Assembly: GCA_045863235.1 (NCBI GenBank)
Contig: BTUM01000043.1
Coordinates: 1-64,000 of the forward strand
Direction: 5' to 3'
DNA: 64,000 nt
Source: Candidatus Xenobia bacterium
GTDB taxonomy: Bacteria; Vulcanimicrobiota; Xenobia; Xenobiales; QWHO01
Part shown: positions 29,489 to 37,172 of the stretch, piece after piece
Position numbering within the stretch: the first letter of the stretch is position 1
Layout: each line of letters begins with the position of its first letter
Notes under the pieces: model-generated
Seen by the model: only the letters and a program-made list of their open reading frames with translations
Told to the model about the DNA's origin: nothing
Database searches by the model: none
Position numbers and translations under genes: made by a program

Positions 29489-29653
29489 GTGCCGAAGTAC
29501 GTCTACAACGTCGAGACCAGAGAAGGTCAACTGAAAACCGGCAAGCTTTACGCCGAGAGCGAGGAAGAGGCGCGCAACATCCTCATGCTGCGCGGTTTTC
29601 GCATCCGCAGCATCTACGAGGTGGAAGAGCCGCAGCCCAAGGGCAAGAAATAG
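29489..29653 (+). CDS. 54-aa stand-alone PilC/GspF N-terminal-like module
   Basis: GTG start; MPKYVYNVETREGQLKTGKLYAESEEEARNILMLRGFRIRSI. Confidence 0.7.
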   Translation: MPKYVYNVETREGQLKTGKLYAESEEEARNILMLRGFRIRSIYEVEEPQPKGKK

Positions 29654-29706
29654 CCGAGCCGCGAAACTGCCCAGAGTTTGCGGACATCGATGCGACGAAG
29701 CTCGAG

Positions 29707-30606
29707 TCAATGAGACTGACGGGCTTGATAGTCTCGATAGTCGTTCTGCGCCGCCTGCCGGAAGACGGCCCGATCCACCTTGCGATTGGCCTGGAACTCC
29801 TCAGGCGTGATCCGACCCAGAGCCAGCGCTTTCACGCCCGGATCGCGCCATGACTTGGGCTCGCGCCCGGTGAGCTGAAAGACCTGCTTCTCCAGTTTGC
29901 GCCAGAAGTTGGCTTTGGAAAGGGTCTGGTTCCACATGCCATTGACGATGCAGTAGTAGTCGTCCCAGGGCATGGCGTGGTGTTTGGCGTGATCGGATCG
30001 AGTCTGGAGAACTCTGGCCCTCTGCAAGCTCTGGGCCAGCCGGGGAGCCTGCGGATGGTGGGTCCAGCGGTGGGAGACCTGGCCCAGAGTGGTGCCGAGC
30101 AGCATCGAGGTCACCCCGGCGGTCACCGCGTGATGAGGACTGAAAAGTCCCAGGGCCAGGATGGGCAGGGCGGTGAAGTGGCCTACCTGGGCCAGGTTGC
30201 TCAGGGTGGAGCGCTCCAGGATGCTGTGGCGCTCGTGATGGTGGATCTGGAATTTCTCGGCCAGTTCGCCCAGCACAGGCGTGTTGCGAGTCGGATAGTT
30301 GTCCACCGCCCAGTGGAAGATGCCGCTGCCGAAGTCGGCCGCGGCCCAGCCGGCCAGGGCGCTGCCGGCCACCAGGGCGGCCGCGGCCACTTTAGCTGTC
30401 ACCCCCGGCAGAGAAGCCACCTGGGAGGCTATGTTGGAGACGTTCCAGGCCACCCCGCCCATCACCGCGCCGGCTACCAGCTTGTGAGCCAACGGGGTGC
30501 CAGGCTCTCCGCCGAGCAGAGCCCGGTCGGCCGGCTCCTCGGCAGCGGGCAGGGCCCTGCGGGGGGCTGTGAAGTTGGGTCGATGGGTGGCAAAGGATAC
30601 GTTCAT
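29707..30606 (-). CDS. carF: CarF/TMEM189-family (plasmanylethanolamine) desaturase
   Basis: ADFGSGIFHWAVDNY, FQIHHH, SHRWTH, HAKHH.PWDDYYCIVNGMWN. Confidence 0.88.
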   Translation of the reverse strand: MNVSFATHRPNFTAPRRALPAAEEPADRALLGGEPGTPLAHKLVAGAVMGGVAWNVSNIASQVASLPGVTAKVAAAALVAGSALAGWAAADFGSGIFHWAVDNYPTRNTPVLGELAEKFQIHHHERHSILERSTLSNLAQVGHFTALPILALGLFSPHHAVTAGVTSMLLGTTLGQVSHRWTHHPQAPRLAQSLQRARVLQTRSDHAKHHAMPWDDYYCIVNGMWNQTLSKANFWRKLEKQVFQLTGREPKSWRDPGVKALALGRITPEEFQANRKVDRAVFRQAAQNDYRDYQARQSH

Positions 30607-30706
30607 GGCCTTCTCCTGCTCGTCTCACTTCCACAGTAGCGAGACCGGGAAGATCCCTTCAAGATCCAGAGAGGATCCGGCGGTTGCTCGTGCTAACTGG
30701 GCAGGC

Positions 30707-31102
30707 ATGAAGACCTTGCTCGTAGCTACCGACTTCAGCCTGCCCGCAGACCGAGCTCTCAAGCTCGCTCAGGAGCTCGCTGCTGCCCATGAGGGCTCGA
30801 TCCACCTTCTGCACGTTGTAGAGCCGATCGGAGCCCCCGAAGACATCGAACCCGATGACGAAGCTTTCTTGCGCGACCTGAAAGACAAGGCCACCCAGCA
30901 ATTAGAGACCCGCCAGCAGGCCATCAGCGAGGTATCGGTGCGCTGCTCGGTGGTGCTCGGTCATCGCAGCGAGGTCATCCGCCGGCTGGCCGATGAGCTG
31001 GATGCCTGGATGGTGGTCCTGGGAACCCACGCCGGCAAGGAGGGGGGCATCAGCCGGCAGGTGGTCTTCCGCCTGGACCGACCCGTCCTGCTCGTCCCCT
31101 GA
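30707..31102 (+). CDS. Universal stress protein
   Basis: MKTLLVATDFS, LLHVV, MVVLGTH, RPVLLVP. Confidence 0.92.
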   Translation: MKTLLVATDFSLPADRALKLAQELAAAHEGSIHLLHVVEPIGAPEDIEPDDEAFLRDLKDKATQQLETRQQAISEVSVRCSVVLGHRSEVIRRLADELDAWMVVLGTHAGKEGGISRQVVFRLDRPVLLVP

Positions 31103-31134
31103 ACGTCCATCCTAAGACGGTGGCCCAGAAGATC

Positions 31135-31589
31135 ATGCAGCAAACCCCCTTCCTGCGACTGCGCGTCTGGGCAGCCGCCGCCTCGTTCACACTGGGACTG
31201 CTGGCAAGCCTGGCCTTCACCTGGTGGTCGGTGTGCTGCGGGTTGATCTGTGGAATCCCGACTGCTGGCGCGCCCAGAGTTTCAACCGGACCACCCGGCG
31301 CGAGAGCCTGGAACGCCTGGCCGGCTCGCTCAGCACCGGTCCAGCTCTGGTAGGAGGCGACTTCAACGCACCCGCCGGCGATGCAGCCATGCGGCCCCTG
31401 GCTGCAGCTGGCCTGCGCGATGCCTTCCCGCTGGCCGGCTCGGGCTGGGACAACAGCTTCGAGAACTCGCTGCCGGTGCACCGCATCGACCAGCTCTGGT
31501 CACGGGGTCTGCGAGCGGTGCGCGTGGAGACTCGGCGCTCGGATGCCTCGGACCATCGCATGGTGCTGGGCTGGTTTGAGCCTTCCTGA
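31135..31589 (+). pseudogene. Internally deleted / frameshifted endonuclease-exonuclease-phosphatase (EEP) gene
   Basis: A hydrophobic N-terminus from ATG 31135 lies in one frame; the GDFN, RIDQ and SDHR catalytic half lies in another frame with no credible start; the central region is missing. Confidence 0.6.
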
Positions 31590-31594
31590 ACGAC

Positions 31595-34453
31595 TCAGCG
31601 CCAGTCGCCGATCAAGACGAAGGGAGCCCAGTAGTATGGGTGGCTGGTGGCCGGCTGGCGAAGCAGTTTCAGCTGGGCCTCCTGCATCGAGAGGGCCAGG
31701 TTCTGGCCCTGGCCCAGCCCGTCGTAGAGGGCCAGCATCAGATCGCGGGTGGAGCGATCATCCACCTTCCACAGGCTGGCCACCAGCGAGGGGCTGCCGG
31801 CAAAGCTGAAGGCGTCAGCCAGGGTGGTCAGCTCCGAGCCAGGCTCGCGCTCGGCCAGGGCCGTCTGACAGGCCGACAGGGTGACCAGGCGCACACCCTT
31901 CAAATCCAGGCCTGCGATATCGCCCACGCCCATGCGCTGCTCTCCAGCCATGACCAGGTAGCTCGAGCTGGGGCTCTTGGAGTTGAGAATGCCGTGGGTG
32001 GCCAGGTGCAGCATGCCCATCCCTTTCGCCAGTTCCACGAAACGCTCGTTGGTGGCCTGGGCGCCCAGCAGCAGTCGGCTGCCGGGATGCTTGCGGCTGA
32101 GCTCCTCGGCCTCCTGGGCGGAGGCCGGCAAGGTTCCATCCGGATTACCCACGGCCAGCAGCGCCGGGTCCATCTTGCCCGGGGGGCGGGTCAGTTGCTC
32201 GAGGTCGCTGGACCTGGTCAGCACCACCACCGCCTTGCGCTCGATGAGATAGCCCTCGCTCGAGCGCAGGGCCTGAAAGGGCAGATAGTGCAGACTGCCG
32301 GTGGGAATCACCGCCAGGATGGGCCGCTGGCCCAGGTCGGCCTGAACGGGAGCGATGAGCCACTCATAGAGCTGGGCGGCGGGTGCGCTCAGCTCCTCCC
32401 GGCGGCTGCAACCGGCGCGCAGGGCCCGGACCTGCTCTTCGATCTGGGCCCGGCTGACCTCGACCTGGCGGATGGTCAGCTGCTGCCGAGTCAAAACGAA
32501 GAGATAAAGCCGTTTCTCGGACGGGAAATACTGCACCACGGTCACGTCCTCGGGCAGCAAAGGCTGAAGACGGCTGAAGTTGACCGGACGCACGGCCAGC
32601 AGGCGCTCGTAGTCGGGGTTCTGGGAGCGGAGTTGCTGCAGCCCGAGGTAGAAGCTGGCCCGGTCGGGGTTCTGGGCGCCTGCCGAGCCCAGCCGGCGCA
32701 GTTCGTCGGCGGCCGGTTTGAGCTCGGGCAGTCCCCGGCTCAGCTCATCGAGCTCCAGGCCGGCCCGCGCTTCCACCTGGGCCAGGCGGCCCTGGACCTC
32801 CATAGCCTCCTGCACCTTGCCGGCCTTTAGATACAGCTCACTGAGCCGGTCGTAGGCGGGACGATAGCGGGTGCGCACGGCCTGCGTGGCCTCCGGACCG
32901 CCGCCCGACTCGGCGATCAGACGCTCGATCAAGTCCACTGCTTCCTCCAGGTCGCTCCGCTGGCCCAGGGCGATCAGGGCCTGGATACGACCAGGGGGGA
33001 AGTCCCGGTACTCCTGCTCGAGCTGCCGGGCCAGGGTGGGGTCGGGACGGGCCTCCAGCTCGACCCAGCGGGGATCGTCCAGGCCCAGGAAGCCGCGGTA
33101 TCGGTCCAGATAACGTCTGGCTCGAGCCATATCGCTGTCGAAGTCGACCTGAGTGCGAGCCCGCTTGAGATGGTAAACCCCCAGCAGGCGAGCCAGCGCC
33201 CCTTCATTCCAGACCAGGGCGAACGGGCTGGGAGCCGCACCGGGCGGGGGCGGTGTGGGATCCAGGGCGTACTGGGCCAGTTGGAAGGCCAGGGTGGCCT
33301 CATCAAAGCGCCGTTCCAGCTCGACCCGAGGGGTGGCCAGCAGGTCGAGGCGCTGGCGGGCCAGCCGGGTCTGGCCCAGGTTCTCCAGGCGGGTGATGGT
33401 GTCCAGCTCGAGACGAAAGAGGCCCAGCGCCAGCTCCGGATTCCACAGCTCGAGAAACTGGTGCGGCTGGGAGGGCTGCAGCGAGAAGGACTCCTCGAAG
33501 GCCTGCCGGTTCAGGCTCTGCAGCAGCTCCAGGTCGCGACGCACCAGGTAGTCGAGCTGGGCCTTGATGGGAAACTCCTCCACCTCGGCCGCCTGACGGC
33601 GCAGGGCCTCCACCACCCAGATCTGGGCCGCCAGGCAGAGCCAGCGCCCTTCGCCGGTGGCCAGGCGGCGCACGGTCAGACCGTCCAGGTGGCGCCAGGC
33701 TTGCTGGTGACGGGCCAGAAACTGCTCAAAGCTGAGCCGCGCCCCCTTCTCCAACTCGCGCTCGAGTGCCACGCTCTCCAGCACGAAACCAGCCACCGCC
33801 TCGCCGCGCAACAACGAGCGGGCCTTGCCAAGGTGCAGGTCCACCTCCTGGGTGCGGGCCAGCTGCCGCGAGGCCGACAGCAGGGCCAGTTCGTTGCTCA
33901 GGCTGGGGGCCAAGCGCTCGCCCAGTTGCAGGGCCTCGGCCGGTCGTCCCCCGCTCTCCATGGCCAGCAGCTCCATCTCGGCTGGTCCTCCCAGGGACTT
34001 CAGCATGCGCGCGGCCGCCTCCGGATCGCCCACCCGGATGGCCAGATGCAGACAGGCCAGCTTCTCCTGAGCGGGATCAGACCGGGTGGGAGCCAGGTTG
34101 GTGGGGATGGCGCGCCGGGTCAACAGCTCCGGGTCGTCAGCCAGGGCCGTGCCGTCCCAGGTGGTGGGCACGAGGTAGGCCTTCTGAGCCTTGAGCTGCT
34201 CGGTGGGAGCGGGGTCCCCGGCCAGCAGCAGAGCCCGGGCCAGGGCGTTGGCCAGGAGCTTGTCCTCGGGCAGCTTCAGCCTGGCCAGCAGCTCTCGCGC
34301 GAGCTGAGGCTCCATGAAGGCCGCCTGCCCCAGGCTGGCGTAGTCCTGGCTCTGCACCCAGGCACGCACTTTCTGCTCGAACGAGGCCAGCTCGTCCGAA
34401 CGAGCAGGCACGACCAGCAGAGCCAGAACAAGGACCGCCAGGAGCATACGCAT
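31595..34453 (-). CDS. Secreted CHAT-domain (caspase-like) protease with a helical N-terminal region
   Basis: Signal MRMLLAVLVLALLVVPA; IPTGSLHYLPF, LHLATHG, LVTLSACQT, SLWKVDD, HPYYWAPF. Confidence 0.93.
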   Translation of the reverse strand: MRMLLAVLVLALLVVPARSDELASFEQKVRAWVQSQDYASLGQAAFMEPQLARELLARLKLPEDKLLANALARALLLAGDPAPTEQLKAQKAYLVPTTWDGTALADDPELLTRRAIPTNLAPTRSDPAQEKLACLHLAIRVGDPEAAARMLKSLGGPAEMELLAMESGGRPAEALQLGERLAPSLSNELALLSASRQLARTQEVDLHLGKARSLLRGEAVAGFVLESVALERELEKGARLSFEQFLARHQQAWRHLDGLTVRRLATGEGRWLCLAAQIWVVEALRRQAAEVEEFPIKAQLDYLVRRDLELLQSLNRQAFEESFSLQPSQPHQFLELWNPELALGLFRLELDTITRLENLGQTRLARQRLDLLATPRVELERRFDEATLAFQLAQYALDPTPPPPGAAPSPFALVWNEGALARLLGVYHLKRARTQVDFDSDMARARRYLDRYRGFLGLDDPRWVELEARPDPTLARQLEQEYRDFPPGRIQALIALGQRSDLEEAVDLIERLIAESGGGPEATQAVRTRYRPAYDRLSELYLKAGKVQEAMEVQGRLAQVEARAGLELDELSRGLPELKPAADELRRLGSAGAQNPDRASFYLGLQQLRSQNPDYERLLAVRPVNFSRLQPLLPEDVTVVQYFPSEKRLYLFVLTRQQLTIRQVEVSRAQIEEQVRALRAGCSRREELSAPAAQLYEWLIAPVQADLGQRPILAVIPTGSLHYLPFQALRSSEGYLIERKAVVVLTRSSDLEQLTRPPGKMDPALLAVGNPDGTLPASAQEAEELSRKHPGSRLLLGAQATNERFVELAKGMGMLHLATHGILNSKSPSSSYLVMAGEQRMGVGDIAGLDLKGVRLVTLSACQTALAEREPGSELTTLADAFSFAGSPSLVASLWKVDDRSTRDLMLALYDGLGQGQNLALSMQEAQLKLLRQPATSHPYYWAPFVLIGDWR

Positions 34454-34738
34454 GGTGGGCAGATAGATTCTCGTCGGTCAGGGTCGACTCTTCTATAGTC
34501 TGTTGACATTCAGATCCGCTGAGAGCGCAGAGAGCGCGGAGACTCTGGTTGCGTCAATGATTGCCGGCCCGGACGCGAAGGCCTCCTTCGAGGAGGGGAC
34601 GACGCGAGTTCTGGCACTGACCATGGGGCAGGTCGCAAAGAGTTCAGAAGTTTGAGTCTTTCTTGAGCCAGTCTTGGGGTGTCCTTGACCGGGTCGTTCT
34701 AGACTGGGGACAGACACAACAACTGGAGGATATTCGCG

Positions 34739-35056
34739 ATGAAGAAAGTGATGCTGTCGATAGCCCTGATGCTCGGTCTGCTGCTGCCCGCACTGGCCGA
34801 ACCACGATCCGCTTCAGGAGGCGGCACAGCCCGGGGAGTCGGCCGGGGCCAGGGGGTCGGGGTGGTGCGAGGGAGTGGCACCGCTCAGGGCACCGGAACG
34901 GTGATCTATCGGGGCCAGGACGGTGGGCTCGAAGCCCGGCGGGGAACCGGTCAGGTGAGCGGACGGGGCCTGGCGATCGGTCGCGGTCAGTTCCGGGCCC
35001 GGGGCACTGCCTGCGGGCAGGGACATGTTCGCGGCTGGGGGCGTGCCCGCCCCTAG
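34739..35056 (+). CDS. Small secreted Gly-rich protein
   Basis: GGAGG RBS; Sec signal MKKVMLSIALMLGLLLPALA; GxG repeats. Confidence 0.8.
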   Translation: MKKVMLSIALMLGLLLPALAEPRSASGGGTARGVGRGQGVGVVRGSGTAQGTGTVIYRGQDGGLEARRGTGQVSGRGLAIGRGQFRARGTACGQGHVRGWGRARP

Positions 35057-35230
35057 CAGATTGATGCGAAGTCCTCGAAGAGGGCTTTGCATCATCCTGC
35101 GCTCAACCAGCCTGCTAAAGTGCAAGGCCTTTGGTCTTGCACTTTACAACGCGCTGGAACGCAGTTCCGGCGCGTTCGTCAGATTGTGCTAATGTGCAAA
35201 ACCAAAGTGCGAGCACATTAGACCTTTTTT
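35056..35230. repeat. Cluster of four adjacent inverted repeats
   Basis: Hairpins at 35056-35100, 35116-35146, 35148-35176 and 35189-35221, the last followed by a T run. Confidence 0.75.
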
Positions 35231-35261
35231 GCATCCTCTGGCTGAGGGGTCACCCCATCCT

Positions 35262-35369
35262 CCGCCACCACAAGAGGTTGTGGGCGGCCGGACTACGCTA
35301 TTAGCACAATATGTTGGGCGTCGCGTAGCCGGAAAACCGTGTCAAGGGGGTTTCCGGCTGCGCTCCCAG
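35262..35369 (+). repeat. Dispersed repeat copy C
   Basis: ccgccaccacaagaggttgtg...tagcacaatatgttgggcgt...tgtcaagggggtttccggctgcgctcccag. Confidence 0.8.
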
Positions 35370-35409
35370 GCTTGAGGAGACTTCCGGGCTCGGTGAACCA
35401 ACTCGCCGG

Positions 35410-35440
35410 AAAACACAAAAGCCACCTTTCGGTGGCTTTC
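35410..35440 (-). terminator. Intrinsic terminator ending the putative ncRNA
   Basis: Minus strand gaaagccacc-gaaa-ggtggcttttgtgtttt. Confidence 0.88.
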
Positions 35441-36087
35441 GTGGCCCGGCTCCAACCTCACCGGACACTCCTGGTTCAACCTTCAGTCGGTGGCCGACTT
35501 GCGCCGACGCTTCTCCTCGCGGTCCCGACCTGGTCCCAGGCCCGCCTCGATCTTCACGCAGTCGAGACACTGCTCCGTGCTGCGGTCTGCACGTTACCCC
35601 TGCCAGGTTTCGGTCTCTGGCAGCCCGCCAAGGCTCTCGCGCCTCGGAGCGCCGGCTCTCTCGCTTCGCCGGAGCGGCCGACCCTACGTTCTGTGTCGGC
35701 ACTGTCCTACTCGGTAGAAGCCCGATCGGACGTCTCGGCATTTTTACGCGGCCGAAACCCCGCGGCGTCACTGTGGTCTGCACGCTACCCCTGCCGTTCT
35801 CGGAGCGACAGTCCGCCGGTTCTTACGCTCCCCGGTGCGCCAGCGCAACGACTCGCTGGAGTGATCGGCTCCGGCCTCACCGATCTTCCCTGGCATTCCC
35901 CTCGAGGGCACCTTGCGGTGCACTCAACCTCGCGGTCTCGAGCTTGTCTCCAGGCCCGTTTCGATGTTCTCAGCAGTCGAAACACTGCGGCGCACTCTGG
36001 TCTGCACGCAACCCCTGCCAGGTCTCGGTTTCTGACAGCCCGCCGGATTCTTTCGCTCATCCGGTGCGGTCGGCGTCGCCGTCGACT
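35410..36087 (-). ncRNA. Putative ~680-nt ncRNA of three tandem structured ~200-nt units, class unknown
   Basis: Has its own promoter and terminator; core GGCAGGGGTWRCGTGCAGACC at 35584, 35775 and 35999; compensatory changes in several stems; no credible ORF. Confidence 0.8.
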
Positions 36088-36092
36088 TCGAC

Positions 36093-36121
36093 AATCTACT
36101 CGGGAAGCCAGATTCTGTCAA
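36093..36121 (-). promoter_or_regulatory. Near-consensus sigma70 promoter
   Basis: TTGACA (36121-36116)-N17-TAGATT (36098-36093). Confidence 0.85.
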
Positions 36122-36243
36122 CCCCATGATCATTGTTCGATGGACACGAACCCGATGCCATCAGGAAAAGAAAAATTCTGCAGGGGATCGGCTCGAACAA
36201 AGGTCGACCCCATGCCCCGGCAAAAGGAACTCCAACACCTGGC

Positions 36244-37092
36244 TCACCCTGATGCCAGGCTGGCCCACAGCTCGCGCGAATCGGGCTGGCGCTGGAGCCC
36301 CTCCTGGAGCTCTTGCTTGCCTCGCGAGCAGAGCGCCTCTGCCTGGGCCGTCTCGCGAGCCCCCAGCTCCAGGTGCTCGGAAGCCAGCGGCTCGACCTCC
36401 ACGTCCCATTCCACCGGCTCCAATCCGGCCGTCAGCTCGGCCCTCAGGGCGCTGATCTGCTCGAACCCGAGGCCACTTTCTCGAGCCAGCCGGCCCGCAT
36501 GCTGGGGAAGCAGGAAAGCGATGCGGCAGACCGCCTCACTTTGCGCGGCCGCGACTGCCGTGGCGATGCTCACCAACCGGTCGCGAACGCGCTCAGCGCG
36601 GGTGCGGTAGTAGGCCACCGACTCGCGCTGAAAGGTATCCAGCCTCTGCAACTCGAGGTTGCGCTGGAGATGAGTCTGGACGGCCTGGCGGAGCGGGGCC
36701 AGCCCCTGACCAAGTTGCTCCGGCCTGGCCGGACGCTGGAAGCGCTCGAGCACCTCCTGGCAGCTGCGCCGCTCGGCCTGCTTGCGTGCCACGATCCCCC
36801 CTTCCAGGCCGCGCACCTGGTCGATGGTCTGGCGGGCGAAGCCGGAGAAGCGTTCCACGGTCTCGTGCTGGCCGTCTCGCTGGGCGCGAACCCTGTCCGT
36901 CCAGCCCTCCAGCCACTGGGACAGTTGCCTGAGCTCACCCCAGTGCTGGCCAAACTCAAGACAGACGGACTGGCACAGGAGCCTGGCGCTCTGCTCAAGC
37001 GGCTGGGGCCCATCCTCGTGTCGGGCTGTCGGGGCGGCCAGCAGGGCGGGCGGCGCAAGGGTGGAGGGGGGAGCCAGAAGCTGGATCTGCAC
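36244..37092 (-). CDS. Hypothetical helical / coiled-coil protein
   Basis: 282-aa ORF; TAGAGT 6 nt before the GTG. Confidence 0.65.
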   Translation of the reverse strand: MQIQLLAPPSTLAPPALLAAPTARHEDGPQPLEQSARLLCQSVCLEFGQHWGELRQLSQWLEGWTDRVRAQRDGQHETVERFSGFARQTIDQVRGLEGGIVARKQAERRSCQEVLERFQRPARPEQLGQGLAPLRQAVQTHLQRNLELQRLDTFQRESVAYYRTRAERVRDRLVSIATAVAAAQSEAVCRIAFLLPQHAGRLARESGLGFEQISALRAELTAGLEPVEWDVEVEPLASEHLELGARETAQAEALCSRGKQELQEGLQRQPDSRELWASLASG

Positions 37093-37172
37093 GACTTGAC
37101 TCTAACTCATCGGGTTTTGCAAAACCTTTGCAAGGGCGGAGACGACCGCCCTGGCGTCGAATCCAAAGGGCG

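Noticed and set aside
34503..34530. TTGACA upstream of the Gly-rich gene
   Set aside because: No -10 element at 16-18 bp spacing
35510..35535. ctcctcgcggtcccgacctgg resembles the antigenomic HDV ribozyme core on the plus strand
   Set aside because: P3 cannot form (UUC opposite GGU), and the promoter and terminator indicate minus-strand transcription
35410..36087. tmRNA, T-box, pistol ribozyme or CRISPR interpretation of the repeat RNA
   Set aside because: The pseudoknot recalls tmRNA pk1 and pistol, but there are no tRNA-like ends or pistol P2/P3. GACCGCG lacks the UGGN T-box bulge. The repeats are long, diverged and unevenly spaced, with no cas genes.
35339..36610. 423-aa plus-strand ORF and small minus-strand ORFs over the ncRNA
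   Set aside because: Arg/Ser/Pro-rich shadow composition, no motifs, and the repeat units do not keep a reading frame
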